64,000 nucleotides of DNA from contig CBDEFM010000002.1 of assembly GCA_965237415.1 (NCBI GenBank), forward strand, positions 2,752,001-2,816,000, written 5' to 3'. The notes under the pieces are model-generated. The model was not told the DNA's origin. It did not search any database and was given only the letters and a program-made list of their open reading frames with translations. The DNA is from Alphaproteobacteria bacterium. GTDB lineage: Bacteria > Pseudomonadota > Alphaproteobacteria > UBA828. Both the position numbers and the translations under genes were made by a program. Below, piece by piece: positions 42,413 through 53,033 of the stretch. Numbering within the stretch: position 1 is the first letter of the stretch; every line of letters begins with the position of its first letter.

Positions 42413-43346
42413 GTCCGTCCGTTCCATGGTCGTGTTCGTGGTGGTGTCCGTGCCCGTGGCCGCCGGCGCGGTCCGCATCGGTGCCGATGCCCTCGACATG
42501 GTGGTGGTGGCCGACCTGGGGCGCGCCGAGGTCGCCCTCATGGCCGATGATCTGCTCGCGATACTTGCAGAGCTGGCAGTTCATGCGGTTGTCGCCTTCG
42601 GGGATCTCGGCGATCCGCGCGAGGAAGGCGTCCACCACCAGCGGGTGGTCGTTGAGGTAGGCGGCCTTGCGGAAGGCGACGTTGGGATGGGCGCGGGCGG
42701 CGGCATCCACCGCATCGTAGATGCGCCGCACCAGCACGCCGGTAAAGAGGAAGTAGGGGAAGACGACGATACGCTTGAAGCCGAAGCCCGCAATCCGCTC
42801 AAGCGCCGGGCCGACCAGGGGCGTGGTGACGCCGCTGTAGCAGGTCTCCGCCCAGCCGAAGCCCAGGCCTTCCCACAGCATGCGGGTGACCTTGGCGATA
42901 TTGCTGTTGGCGTCGGGATCGGAGGTGCCGCGCCCCACCACGACGAGGAGGCTGTCGGCCGGCGCGGCATCGCCGGGCTCCTGTGCGGCCTCGATGCGCT
43001 CTGCCGCGGCCCGCAGCAGCAGCGGATCGACCGCGAGATCGCGCCCGTAGCGGATCGCGAGACCTGGATTGGCGGCAGCGAAGCCATTGAGCACCGAGGG
43101 GATGTCGTTCTTGGCGTGGCCTGCGGCGAAGAGCATGCCGGGCACGGCGTCGATGGCGCTGGCACCCGAATCGCGCAGCGCCTCCAGCGTGCTGCCGATG
43201 GTGGGCCGCGCGAATTCAAGGAAGCCGTGGCTCACCCGTCGCGCCGGCAGGCGCGCGGCGACCACGGCGGCCAAGTGCTCGAACTCCGCGACCGCCGCGT
43301 TGTCTCGGCTGCCGTGGCCGCAGAGAAGCACCGCCGGCTCGCTCAT
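42390..43346 (-). CDS. cbiX: Long-form CbiX sirohydrochlorin cobaltochelatase
   Basis: GHGSRD, FLEF..P, AGHAKNDIP, GRGTSD..AN, PYFLF.G, MNCQLC motif and His-rich tail. Confidence 0.92.
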   Translation of the reverse strand: MSEPAVLLCGHGSRDNAAVAEFEHLAAVVAARLPARRVSHGFLEFARPTIGSTLEALRDSGASAIDAVPGMLFAAGHAKNDIPSVLNGFAAANPGLAIRYGRDLAVDPLLLRAAAERIEAAQEPGDAAPADSLLVVVGRGTSDPDANSNIAKVTRMLWEGLGFGWAETCYSGVTTPLVGPALERIAGFGFKRIVVFPYFLFTGVLVRRIYDAVDAAARAHPNVAFRKAAYLNDHPLVVDAFLARIAEIPEGDNRMNCQLCKYREQIIGHEGDLGAPQVGHHHHVEGIGTDADRAGGHGHGHHHEHDHGTDGHGGHHRG

Positions 43347-43402
43347 CGCCCGCCTCCATTCCGTCCATTGACCGCAATGCGCGGGCTTTCCATTGTGGGC
43401 CG

Positions 43403-44401
43403 ATGCTCCTCTTCGCCGCGCCCGACTGGCCAATCGGCCCGGGGGTGCCGCTCGTCCTCCTGATCGCCCTCGCGCTCGACGCGCTTATCGGCGACCCGCG
43501 CTGGCTCCCGCATCCTATCCGCCTGATGGGCTGGCTCACCGGTTTCCTCGACCGCACCCTCAATCGGGAGCGCTTGGGCGTGGCCGCCCGCGTGTTTCTC
43601 GGCGCGGTTGCGGTGCTGCTGGTCGTGGGTGTGAGCGCCGTCGCCGGCTGGCTCATCGCCGACCAAGCGTCCGCTCTCGGCTGGGGCTGGCTCGTCGAGC
43701 TCGCGTTGGTGACGATGCTGTTCGCGCAGCGCACCATGGCCGATCACATGGTGCGGGTGGCGCGGGCCCTCGATACCGGCGCAGACCCCGCGCGGGCCGA
43801 GCTGCGCCACATCGTCGGCCGGGACGTAAGCGCCCTCGATGAGCACGGTATCGCCCGCGCGGCGATCGAGAGCGGTGCCGAGAACTATTCCGACGGCGTG
43901 GTCGCACCCGCCTTCTGGTATCTGTTGCTCGGCCTGCCGGGGCTGCTCGCCTACAAGGCGATCAACACGATGGACAGCATGGTCGGCCACCGCTCGCCCC
44001 GCCACCGCGCCTTCGGCCGCGCGGCGGCGCGCATCGACGATGCGGTGAACTGGGTGCCGGCGCGCATCGCGGGCGGGCTGATCGCGGCGGCGGCCGTCGT
44101 CGTTCCCGGTGCCGCGCCGGGCCAAGCGTGGCGCACCATGCTGCGCGACGCCCCCCGGCACAGCTCGCCCAATGCCGGCTGGCCGGAAGCCGCGATGGCC
44201 GGCGCGCTCGGTCTCGCCTTGCTGGGCCCCCGCTACTACGAGGGCGAAGCGGCGGCCGACGAGGCCTGGCTCGGCGACGGCCGCAAGGCCGCGACAGCGG
44301 ATGACGTGCGGCGCACGGTCTGGGTCTTCGCGGCGGCGTGCGCGCTGGTGGCGGTGCTCACCGCCGCCATCGCTGCCGGGACGGCGCTCAGCGGGTCGTA
44401 G
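43403..44401 (+). CDS. cobD: Adenosylcobinamide-phosphate synthase
   Basis: GDP...PHP, IVGRD, AEN.SDG, YKAINT.DSM.G, SPNAGWPEAA.A. Confidence 0.95.
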   Translation: MLLFAAPDWPIGPGVPLVLLIALALDALIGDPRWLPHPIRLMGWLTGFLDRTLNRERLGVAARVFLGAVAVLLVVGVSAVAGWLIADQASALGWGWLVELALVTMLFAQRTMADHMVRVARALDTGADPARAELRHIVGRDVSALDEHGIARAAIESGAENYSDGVVAPAFWYLLLGLPGLLAYKAINTMDSMVGHRSPRHRAFGRAAARIDDAVNWVPARIAGGLIAAAAVVVPGAAPGQAWRTMLRDAPRHSSPNAGWPEAAMAGALGLALLGPRYYEGEAAADEAWLGDGRKAATADDVRRTVWVFAAACALVAVLTAAIAAGTALSGS

Positions 44402-44408
44402 CCGAGGC

Positions 44409-45905
44409 TCAGCGCGCACGGGCCACCTCAAGCAGGTGGTCGAGGTCGAGATGGGCCTCGAGATGGGCGGCGAGGGCGTCGAGGGTCTCCTCCACCAGGG
44501 CGTCGTAGGCGATGCTGGCCGTCTCCCGCCGGCGCAGCCGGCCGAGGAAGGCACGGCGGAAGCCATCGGCGGCGAAGAGCCCGTGCAGATAGCAGCCCAT
44601 GACCCGGCCGTTGCCCGAGCGTGCACCGTCCGGCCCGCTTGCAAGCGTGACCAACGGCCGCGCCGTATCCGGCCCCGTGGTGTGGCCTGTGTGCATCTCG
44701 TAGCCTGAGACCGCCTCGCCGCCTTCGCTGGCGCGGCCCGATGCACGAACGAGGCGCTTGCCCTCGCTCATCACCGTTTCGACATCGAGCAGGCCGAGCC
44801 CCGGAGTCTCCCCCGGCGGCCCCTCGATGCCGGCCGGGTCGGCGACGCGGTGGCCCAGCATCTGGTAGCCGCCGCAGAGGCCCACCAGCCAGCCGCCGCG
44901 CCGCACGTGCGCCTGAATGTCGAGCGCCCAGCCCTCGCGGTGCAGCGCCTCCAAATCGCTGCGGGTTGCCTTGCTGCCCGGCAGCAGCACGAGGTCGGCG
45001 TCCCCCGGCAGCGCCCGGCCCGGCGGCACGAGGTCGAGCACGGTATCGGGCTCGGCGCGGAGCGGGTCGAGATCGTCGGTGTTCGAGATGCGCGGCAGGC
45101 GGGGCACAGCGATCTTGATCGCGCGGCCGGTTGAGGCTGCGGGCATGGCCGGCGTGGAATCCAGGCTCACGCTGTCCTCGGCGGGCAGCAGCCGGGCGGC
45201 TTCGAACCAGGGAACGAGGCCGAGCGCGGCCCACCCGGTCTCCCGCTCTATGATCACATTGGCGCCATCGAAGAGCGTGGCATCGCCGCGGAACTTGTTG
45301 ATGACGAAACCCTTGGTGAGCGCGCGCTCGGGCGCCGGCAGCAGCGCCCAGGTGCCGACCAGGCTCGCGATCACCCCGCCCCGGTCCACATCCCCCACCA
45401 GCGCCACGGGCACCTGGGCGGCCAGGGCGAAGCCCATGTTGGCGATGTCGTTCTCCCGCAGGTTGACCTCGGCCGGGCTGCCCGCGCCTTCCACCAGGAT
45501 CAGGTCGGCCTCCTGCCCGAGCCGCCCGAAACTCTCCAGCACGCGGGGCATCAGCGTGGCCTTGAGCGCGTGGTAGTGGCGCGCGTTCGCTGTGCCCGTC
45601 ACCCGGCCCTGGACCACCACCTGGGCGCCGTGCTCGCTTTCCGGCTTGAGCAGTACCGGATTCATGTGGACGCAGGGTTCGATACCGGCGGCGCGGGCCT
45701 GCAGCGCCTGGGCGCGGCCGATCTCGCGCCCATCGCCTGCGACCGCGGCGTTGTTGGACATGTTCTGCGGCTTGAAGGGGCGCACGCGCAAGCCCCGCGC
45801 CGCATAAGCCCGGCACAGGCCCGCGACGAGCAGGGACTTGCCGACGTTGGAGCCGGTGCCCTGAAACATCAAGGCCGGAGGCCTCTGGGCTGCCGCGTCT
45901 GGCAT
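44409..45905 (-). CDS. cobQ: Cobyric acid synthase
   Basis: [43 protein letters not shown]. Confidence 0.97.
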   Translation of the reverse strand: MPDAAAQRPPALMFQGTGSNVGKSLLVAGLCRAYAARGLRVRPFKPQNMSNNAAVAGDGREIGRAQALQARAAGIEPCVHMNPVLLKPESEHGAQVVVQGRVTGTANARHYHALKATLMPRVLESFGRLGQEADLILVEGAGSPAEVNLRENDIANMGFALAAQVPVALVGDVDRGGVIASLVGTWALLPAPERALTKGFVINKFRGDATLFDGANVIIERETGWAALGLVPWFEAARLLPAEDSVSLDSTPAMPAASTGRAIKIAVPRLPRISNTDDLDPLRAEPDTVLDLVPPGRALPGDADLVLLPGSKATRSDLEALHREGWALDIQAHVRRGGWLVGLCGGYQMLGHRVADPAGIEGPPGETPGLGLLDVETVMSEGKRLVRASGRASEGGEAVSGYEMHTGHTTGPDTARPLVTLASGPDGARSGNGRVMGCYLHGLFAADGFRRAFLGRLRRRETASIAYDALVEETLDALAAHLEAHLDLDHLLEVARAR

Positions 45906-46522
45906 CAGAATTCGATGCCCACCTGCGCCTTCACGCCCGCGCGGAAGGGATGCTTGATCTCGGTCATCTCGGTCACGAGGTCGGCCATCTCGATCAGCGC
46001 CGGCTTCGCGTTGCGGCCGGTGACCACGACGTGTTGGTTAGGGTCGCGCGCGGCAAGCCCCGCAAGCACGGCGTCGAGATCGAGATAGTCGTAGCGGAGC
46101 ACGATGTTGAGCTCGTCCAGCACCACGAGGCGGTAGGAGGGGTCGGCCAGGAACTCTTGCGCCGCCTCCCACGCCTTGCGCGCGGCGCCGAGGTCGCGCT
46201 GGCGGTCCTGCGTGTCCCAGGTGAAGCCTTCGCCCATCACGCGGACCGTGATGAGGTCGGGGAAGCGCTCCAGCACGGCGCGCTCGCCGGTCGCCCACTT
46301 CCCCTTCACGAACTGCACCACGCCCACCTTCATGCCGTTGCCGATGGCACGTGCCGCGAGGCCGAAAGCGGCGGTCGACTTGCCCTTGCCCTTGCCGGTG
46401 TGGACGATGAGCAGGCCCTTCTCGATGGTCTTGGTGGCCAGCATGCGCTCGCGCGCCGCCTTGCGCTTGCGCATCTTCTCGGCATGGCGCCGGTCGAGCT
46501 CAGCCTCGGTCTCGTTCGCCAT
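45905..46522 (-). CDS. cobO: Cob(I)yrinic acid a,c-diamide adenosyltransferase
   Basis: [41 protein letters not shown]. Confidence 0.97.
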   Translation of the reverse strand: MANETEAELDRRHAEKMRKRKAARERMLATKTIEKGLLIVHTGKGKGKSTAAFGLAARAIGNGMKVGVVQFVKGKWATGERAVLERFPDLITVRVMGEGFTWDTQDRQRDLGAARKAWEAAQEFLADPSYRLVVLDELNIVLRYDYLDLDAVLAGLAARDPNQHVVVTGRNAKPALIEMADLVTEMTEIKHPFRAGVKAQVGIEF

Positions 46523-49500
46523 CAGAGTGCCTCCTGCCTGCCGTCGCGGAGCGCCGCGAGCAGGGTATGAGCATGGTTCGCGCGGGGCCGCCAGAGGCTG
46601 CGTTCCTGCGCCTCCAGCAGCCGCTCGGCAAGCTCGCGCAGCGCCGCCGGGTTCGCGTCTTCCATAAAGTCACGCACATCGTCGTCCGCCACATAGGCGT
46701 CGAACACCGCGTCGAAGTGGTGGTCCTTCACGGCGCCGGTGGTGGCGGCGAAGGCGAAGAGGTAGTCCACCGTCGCCGCGATCTCGAAGGCGCCCTTGTA
46801 GCCGTGCCGCATGACGCCCGCGATCCACTTCGGGTTGGTCACGCGCGCCCGGACCACGCGGCCGAGCTCGTCGGCAAGCGTGCGGATGCGGGGGTTGTCG
46901 GGCACCGAGTGGTCGTTGTGATAGAGCGCCGGCGCCCGGCCCGCGTGAACCGTCACCGCCGCCGCAAGCCCGCCCTCGAACTGGTAGTAGTCGTCGCTGT
47001 CCAAGAGGTCGTGCTCGCGGTTGTCCTGGTTCTGCACCACCGCCTCGACCGCGCCGAGGCGGCGTTCGAAGAGCGCGTGCTCTGCCGCGCCCCCTTCGCC
47101 CGCGCCGTAGGCCCAGCCGCCCCAGGCAACGTAGGCCTGGGCGAGGTCGCTGGCGTCCGCCCAGCCGCGCTCGTCGATCAGTGCCTGCAGGCCGGCACCG
47201 TAGGCGCCGGGCTTCGAGCCGAAGACGCGATAGGAGGCCAGGCGCCGGGCCCGGGCCTCGGTCGCGCCGTCTTCGGCGAGCAGGGCGGCATCGGCGGCGA
47301 CCTTGGCGGCGAGCGGGTTGTCGTCCGCGCCCTCGTCGAGGTCGGCGACCGCGCGCACCGCGGAATCGAAGAGATCGATCAGCCCGGGGAAAGCGTCGCG
47401 GAAGAAGCCCGAGACCCGGAGCGTCACATCGACCCTGGGCCGGTCGAGCAGGTCGAGCGGCATGATCTCGAAGCCGGTCACACGGCCCGACGGGCCTTCC
47501 CAACGCGGGCGCGCGCCGATGAGCGCGAGCGCTTGGGCAATGTCGTCCCCGCCCGTGCGCATGTTCGACGTGCCCCAGGCGCTGAGCGCCATCGCCCGCG
47601 GCCAGTCGCCGTGGGTCTGCGCGTAGTGCTCCACCAGGAGCTGGGCCGAGGCCCAGCCCAGCTGCCACGCCGCGGCGGTCGGCACCTGGCGTGTGTCCAC
47701 CGAATAGAAGTTCCGCCCCGTCGGCAGCACGTCCGGGCGGCCGCGCGTGGGTGCGCCGGCGGCACCGGGCGCCACGAAGCGGCCGTCGAGGGCTGTGAGC
47801 AGGCCGGCCGTCTCGGCGTCGGCGCTCGCGTCCAGCGCAGGGCCGATGGTCTCGGTTACTTCGTGCAGCACGGCGGTACTCGCACGCCACTCGGCGGGCA
47901 GGCGCTGGCTGCCGGCGATCAGGCTGGCCGACAGATTCTCCAGGCGCTCCACCGTGTCGCCGGTGCTGCGCCAGGGCACACCGTTGGCAAGCGCCTGGGG
48001 CCGCGGGCCCCGCCAGGGCTCGGCGAGCGGGGCCGAAAGCGGGTCGACGCCAAGCGCGAGATCGTCGGCCAACGCGCGCAGGATGGAGGCCTCTCCCGCG
48101 CCGGGTCCGCGCACGCTCCGCGCGATGGCGCGCAGAAGCTCGTTGCGGCGCTGGGGCTCCGGCGCTTCGCCGAAGATGTGGAGGCCGTCCCGGATCTGCA
48201 TCTCTTTGATTTCGCAGAGATAACCGTCGAGCTTGCGGAGCGCGTCGTCGCTGCCATCCGTGGCCTGGATGCCGCAATCCTGGTCGAGCCCGATGGAGGC
48301 GGAAAGCTCCAGGATGCGCGCGCTCAAGGGCGGGCAGCGGCGCGGATCGACCGAGGCGGCGTCGAAGAACTCGTCCACCAGCCGCTCCAGCTCCTCCAGC
48401 GCGCCGTGGCTGCCGGCGCGGGTGAGCGGCGGCGTCAGGTGATCGACGATCACTGCAGCCCCGCGCCGCTTGGCCTGGCTGCCCTCGCCGGGGTCGTTCA
48501 CGATGAAGGGATAGACGTGCGGGAGCGGACCGAGCGCGGCTTCCGGAAAGCACTCGGCGGAGAGCGCCAGCGCCTTCCCCGGCAGCCATTCCACGTTGCC
48601 GTGCTTGCCCACGTGCACCACCGCATGGGCATCGAAAGACGTGCGCACCCACGCGTAGAAGGCGAGGTAGCCGTGCGGCGGCGGCAGGTCGGGGTCGTGG
48701 TATGACTTCTCAGGGTCGATGTTGTAGCCGCGCGCCGGCTGGATCGCGACGACCACGTTGCCGAATCGCACCGCAGCGAGCGCAAAGCATCCCACATCCT
48801 GGCGGAAGAAGGGGTCTGCTTGCGGCTCGCCCCAGCGCTCGGCGACCGTAGCTTGCACGGGTGCGGGCAACGCGTTGAAAAAGCGTGTGTAATCGGCAAA
48901 GGGGAGCGTGGCCTCGGGCGGTTTGGCGCGGGAATCGGCGGCGTTGGTGGGGCCTGCGGTCAGACGCGCCATAAGCGCCGCGCCGTCCACCGGCCCGTTT
49001 TCCACCCGGTAGCCGGCTTCCTTCAGGGCCTGCATGATCCGCACCGTGCTCGCCGGCGTGTCGAGGCCGACGCCGTTGCCGATGCGCCCGTCGCGGTTGG
49101 GGTAGTTGGCGAGCACCAGAGCCACCCGGCGTTCCGCCGGCGCCGCGCGCGCGAGGCGCACCCAGGCGGCGGCAAGGGCGGCGACGAAGCGGCAGCGCTC
49201 CTCGTTGGGCTCCGACACCACGATGGGCGCTTGCGTCCCCTTATCGAAGCGTGCCTCGGTCTTGAAGGCGACCGCTCTCGTGAGAATCCGCCCGTCGACC
49301 TCGGGCAGCGCCACGTTCATCGCAATGTCGCGGGGCGAGAGGCCGCGCGTGGCCTCCGCCCACTGGCGCTCCGTGGCGCCGGCGATGATCGCCTGCAGCA
49401 CTGGCACGCCGGCTTGGGCGAAGGGGGTTTCCTGCGGCGCGCTGGGGCGGGAGACGGCGAAGCCCGTGGCGTTGAGCACGATTGCGGGCTCGGCGGCGCG

Positions 49501-50262
49501 CATGAGCGTGCCGATCAGCTCCGCCGCCGGCTTGTCTCTCAGGCTGGTGACGAAGATGGGCAGCGGGTCGAGGCCTGTGTCCTGGAGCGCCGCCACCAGC
49601 GCATCCACGGGCGCGAGCGAGCCTCCCTGCAGCAGCGCCCGATAGAAGACCACGCACGCACGCGGCGCACCTGCGCGCCAATGGGCCATCACGTCTTCGA
49701 GCGCGCACACGCCGGCGCCCGGCCAATAGAGGCCCGCGTGCGGCACCGGCCGGGGCGGGCGCCAGTCCGACTCGCGGCCGATCTGCGCGGCGGCGTAGCG
49801 GAGCGCATTCCGGGCATTGTCGATGCCGCCATGGATGCAGTAGCGCCAGAGCGTCTCTGCCGCCTCCGGCGGGAGCGTGCTGCGCCCGGCGAGCCCCGCA
49901 TCCGGTTTGTCGTCGCCGGGCAGCCAGACGATGGGGATGCCATGCGCCGAGCAGACGTCGGTCAGACGCTCGACGCCATAGGGCCAGTAGCTCTCGCCGC
50001 CCAAGAGCCGCACGATCACCAGCCGCGCACCGGCGATCACCTGTTCGGCGTAACGGTCGACCGAGAGGTTATGGCCGAGCTGCATCAGGTTCGCGAGGCG
50101 GAGCGTGGGCGCGCCGTCTTCGAGCCCGGCCTGCGCATGAGCGAAACAGGCGAGCTCGGTATCGGCGGCGGAAAGCAGCACGATATCCCCCGGCGACTGG
50201 CCGAGGTCCACGGCGTCGGCGCCGTCCTCGATGGCGCCCGGCTGCGCGGCGAGCAGGTGCAA
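46522..50262 (-). CDS. cobN: Cobaltochelatase subunit CobN
   Basis: HLLAAQPG, VALPEVDG, HVGKHGN.EWLPGK, LPTGRNFY, MRHGYKGA; TTG start. Confidence 0.97.
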   Translation of the reverse strand: MHLLAAQPGAIEDGADAVDLGQSPGDIVLLSAADTELACFAHAQAGLEDGAPTLRLANLMQLGHNLSVDRYAEQVIAGARLVIVRLLGGESYWPYGVERLTDVCSAHGIPIVWLPGDDKPDAGLAGRSTLPPEAAETLWRYCIHGGIDNARNALRYAAAQIGRESDWRPPRPVPHAGLYWPGAGVCALEDVMAHWRAGAPRACVVFYRALLQGGSLAPVDALVAALQDTGLDPLPIFVTSLRDKPAAELIGTLMRAAEPAIVLNATGFAVSRPSAPQETPFAQAGVPVLQAIIAGATERQWAEATRGLSPRDIAMNVALPEVDGRILTRAVAFKTEARFDKGTQAPIVVSEPNEERCRFVAALAAAWVRLARAAPAERRVALVLANYPNRDGRIGNGVGLDTPASTVRIMQALKEAGYRVENGPVDGAALMARLTAGPTNAADSRAKPPEATLPFADYTRFFNALPAPVQATVAERWGEPQADPFFRQDVGCFALAAVRFGNVVVAIQPARGYNIDPEKSYHDPDLPPPHGYLAFYAWVRTSFDAHAVVHVGKHGNVEWLPGKALALSAECFPEAALGPLPHVYPFIVNDPGEGSQAKRRGAAVIVDHLTPPLTRAGSHGALEELERLVDEFFDAASVDPRRCPPLSARILELSASIGLDQDCGIQATDGSDDALRKLDGYLCEIKEMQIRDGLHIFGEAPEPQRRNELLRAIARSVRGPGAGEASILRALADDLALGVDPLSAPLAEPWRGPRPQALANGVPWRSTGDTVERLENLSASLIAGSQRLPAEWRASTAVLHEVTETIGPALDASADAETAGLLTALDGRFVAPGAAGAPTRGRPDVLPTGRNFYSVDTRQVPTAAAWQLGWASAQLLVEHYAQTHGDWPRAMALSAWGTSNMRTGGDDIAQALALIGARPRWEGPSGRVTGFEIMPLDLLDRPRVDVTLRVSGFFRDAFPGLIDLFDSAVRAVADLDEGADDNPLAAKVAADAALLAEDGATEARARRLASYRVFGSKPGAYGAGLQALIDERGWADASDLAQAYVAWGGWAYGAGEGGAAEHALFERRLGAVEAVVQNQDNREHDLLDSDDYYQFEGGLAAAVTVHAGRAPALYHNDHSVPDNPRIRTLADELGRVVRARVTNPKWIAGVMRHGYKGAFEIAATVDYLFAFAATTGAVKDHHFDAVFDAYVADDDVRDFMEDANPAALRELAERLLEAQERSLWRPRANHAHTLLAALRDGRQEAL

Positions 50263-50275
50263 GGCTTAGGCCCCT

Positions 50276-51310
50276 TCAGCCGAGGATTGCGGCTTCGACG
50301 ACCGCCCGGTCGAGGGGCGCGAGGCCGATCACGACGAGGCGGCTCTCCCGCGCCTCGTGCGCGTGCCAGTCGCGGTCGAAGTGGCGGTCGACGCGGGTGC
50401 CGACCGCCTGCACCACCAGCCGCCGCCTGCGGCCGGCCACATCGAGGAATCCCTTGGCACGCAGGACACCGTGCGCGGCTGCCGCGGCGCTCAGCCGCTC
50501 CGCGAAGGCCGCCGGGTCGTCGATGGTGCCGGGCGCCATTACGAAGCTCTCGAACTCGTCGTGGTCGTGCGGCTCGTCGAGGCCGTCATGGTGCGAGCGG
50601 CGGCTTGCGAGATCGGCCTCGGCAGCGGCATCGAGGCCCAGCAGGAGGTCGGGCGGCACGCGCCCGTGCGCCGCCTTGACGATGCGGGCACCCGGCTTCA
50701 AGTACGGCAGCATAAGCGCCTCGCCTTCCTCGGCGCCGCCGGCAGCCAGCAGGTCGGACTTGTTGAGGATCACCATGTCGGCGCAGCCGATCTGGTCCTC
50801 GAAAACCTCGGCCAGTGGCGACTCGTGATCGAGGGCGTCGTCCGCCTCGCGCTGGGCCTGGAGGGCGTCTTCGTCGTCGGCGAAGCGGCCCTCCGCCAGC
50901 GCCGGGCCGTCCACCACCGCGACCACGCCGTCGACGGTGAGCCGGGTGCGGATCTCGGGCCAGTTGAAGGCGGCGACCAGGGGTTTGGGGAGCGCAAGGC
51001 CCGAGGTCTCGATCAGGATGTGCTCGGGCGCGGGGTCGCGGGCGAGCAGCGCCTCGATCGCCGGCACGAAGTCGTCGGCGACGGTGCAGCAGATGCAGCC
51101 GTTGGCGAGCTCGACGATATCGGCCTCGTCGCAGGCCGTATCGCCGCATCCCTGCAGCACCTCCTGGTCGATACCGAGGTCGCCGAACTCGTTGATGATG
51201 AGCGCGATGCGCCGCCCGTTGGCTTCGCTCAGCGCGTGGCGGATGAGGCTGGTCTTGCCGGCGCCGAGGAAGCCGGTGATCACGGTCGTGGGAATTTTTT
51301 GGTCCTGCAT
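50276..51310 (-). CDS. cobW: Cobalamin biosynthesis GTPase CobW
   Basis: TGFLGAGKT, NEFG, NGCICCTVADDF, ETSGLALP, HDHDEF. Confidence 0.96.
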   Translation of the reverse strand: MQDQKIPTTVITGFLGAGKTSLIRHALSEANGRRIALIINEFGDLGIDQEVLQGCGDTACDEADIVELANGCICCTVADDFVPAIEALLARDPAPEHILIETSGLALPKPLVAAFNWPEIRTRLTVDGVVAVVDGPALAEGRFADDEDALQAQREADDALDHESPLAEVFEDQIGCADMVILNKSDLLAAGGAEEGEALMLPYLKPGARIVKAAHGRVPPDLLLGLDAAAEADLASRRSHHDGLDEPHDHDEFESFVMAPGTIDDPAAFAERLSAAAAAHGVLRAKGFLDVAGRRRRLVVQAVGTRVDRHFDRDWHAHEARESRLVVIGLAPLDRAVVEAAILG

Positions 51311-51316
51311 CGCACC

Positions 51317-52234
51317 TCACACTGTCAGGCGGTTCCACCCGGTGCCTTCGTGGCCGAAGCCGAAGTGCGCCGGATGGAGGATTTCGGCCAGGATCTCCAG
51401 GGACTCCACGAGCCGCGGCCCCGGCCGATTGAAATAGGCATTGCCGTCGGTGGCATAGACCGCACCGGCCCGCACGGCACGGAGCTCGCTCCAGGCCGGA
51501 TCGGCGACCAGCGCGCGGCCGTCTTCGATGGTGCGCGGCAGGTCGTAGCCGCAGGGCATGAGCACGATCGCGTCGGGATCGGCGGCGCGCACCGCCTCGA
51601 TGCTAATCCTTGGCGAGTGGCTGCCGTCGGCGCCCAGGGTGTCGATCCCGCCCGCGAGGGTCACCAGTTCCGGCACCCAGTTGCCGGCGGTCATGGGTGG
51701 GTCGCTCCACTCGACGGTGAGGACGCGCTTGGGCGCAAGGGCCTTGGCGCGCTTGGCGATTGCGTCCACCCGCGTCCGCAATCCGTCGCAGACCGGCACG
51801 GCATCGACGCCGAGTGCCGCGCCCACGCGCGCGACATCGTCCCACACGTCGCCCAAGCGCATCGGCGCGAGCGAGACGATCTCGACCGGCGCCTCCAGAA
51901 ACTCTGCCGCCGCAGCCTCGACCTCATTCAGGCCCACCGCGCACACATCGCACTGGTCCTGGGTCACGATGTGGCTCGGCCGCGCGGCGCGCAGGATATC
52001 GGTATCGAGGTCGTAGAGGCTGAGCGCCGCCGCGAGAAGCCGGCCCACCTCCTCGTTGATCGCACCGCTTGGAAGGGTCACGTCAATCCTGGCGCGGGTG
52101 CAGGCCGGCGCCCGCGCGACCTCAGGCGGCCAGTCGCATTCGTGGCTGCGGGCGACGATGCTGCCGGCAAGGCCCAAGGCCGCGACGATCTCGGTCGCGC
52201 TCGGCACCAGCGAGGCGATGCGGGGCTCGCTCAC
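51317..52234 (-). CDS. BtuF-like cobalamin-binding protein without signal peptide
   Basis: RIASLVPSATEI, SHECD.P, TQDQCDVC, EW.DP...G.W.PE, YFNRPGPRL. Confidence 0.85.
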   Translation of the reverse strand: MSEPRIASLVPSATEIVAALGLAGSIVARSHECDWPPEVARAPACTRARIDVTLPSGAINEEVGRLLAAALSLYDLDTDILRAARPSHIVTQDQCDVCAVGLNEVEAAAAEFLEAPVEIVSLAPMRLGDVWDDVARVGAALGVDAVPVCDGLRTRVDAIAKRAKALAPKRVLTVEWSDPPMTAGNWVPELVTLAGGIDTLGADGSHSPRISIEAVRAADPDAIVLMPCGYDLPRTIEDGRALVADPAWSELRAVRAGAVYATDGNAYFNRPGPRLVESLEILAEILHPAHFGFGHEGTGWNRLTV

Positions 52235-52241
52235 GACGCGC

Positions 52242-52781
52242 TCACGGCTTCAGCGTCAGCGGCAGGCCGGCGGCGACGAAAACCACCCGCTCGGCGGCCT
52301 GGGCCACGGCCTGGTTGAGCCGCCCGGCATGGTCGCGAAAGGCGCGGGCGGTCGCGTTCTCCGGCACGATGCCGAGGCCGACCTCGTTCGAGACCAGCAC
52401 CGTGCGCCCCTCCAGCCGGCCGAGGCAGGCGACGAGGCGCTCGATCTCGGCGGCGATATCGCGGCCCGCCTCCATCAGGTTGCTGAGCCAGAGGGTGAGG
52501 CAATCGACCAGTAGCGCGCTGCCGGCGCGGCCCTCGGCTTCGAGGGTCTCGGCGAGCGCGAGCGGCGCCTCGACCGTGCGCCACCCCGGCCCCCGGCGGG
52601 CGCGGTGCGCTGCGATGCGGGCCGCCATCTCGGCGTCGCGCGCCTGCGCCGTGGCGATGTAGAGCCGGGGGCCCGCATGGTCGTCGAGCAGCGCCTCCGC
52701 ATGGGTGCTCTTGCCCGAGCGGGCGCCGCCGAGAACGAGGGTGATGCGCGCCGGAGCCGGCGCCTGGTCGAGACCCGCCAT
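52242..52781 (-). CDS. cobU: Bifunctional adenosylcobinamide kinase / cobinamide-phosphate guanylyltransferase (CobU/CobP)
   Basis: GGARSGKS, DCLTLWLSN, VSNEVG.G.VP, FRD.AGRLNQ. Confidence 0.96.
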   Translation of the reverse strand: MAGLDQAPAPARITLVLGGARSGKSTHAEALLDDHAGPRLYIATAQARDAEMAARIAAHRARRGPGWRTVEAPLALAETLEAEGRAGSALLVDCLTLWLSNLMEAGRDIAAEIERLVACLGRLEGRTVLVSNEVGLGIVPENATARAFRDHAGRLNQAVAQAAERVVFVAAGLPLTLKP

Positions 52782-52816
52782 GATCCTCCCTCCGAGGACG
52801 TTGCAGCCCTGCCGCG

Positions 52817-53006
52817 CAGCCGGTCTCCTGGCTCGGGGTCATCGACGGGGCCCGGCCTTCCCGAATCCGAAGGATCAGTGGCCTGCGCGCTTGGCGCCCG
52901 GGTCCGTCTCGCCGCTCACAGTTGCGGGGGCAGCGCCGGACTGGCCCGCTCCTCTCCCAGATGCGGGCGTCACCGGCTTCCCACGCTGCGTGACGGCACC
53001 AAGCTA
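52817..53006 (-). ncRNA. Cobalamin riboswitch
   Basis: Minus strand reads GGTGCC...GGGAAGCCGGTG...TCCGGCGCTGCCCCCGCAACTGT...GCCACTG...GGGAAGG...GAGCCAGGAGACCGGC (B12 box), directly upstream of cobU. Confidence 0.95.
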
Positions 53007-53033
53007 ACGCAGGCGCGCCCGGAATGCCACCTC

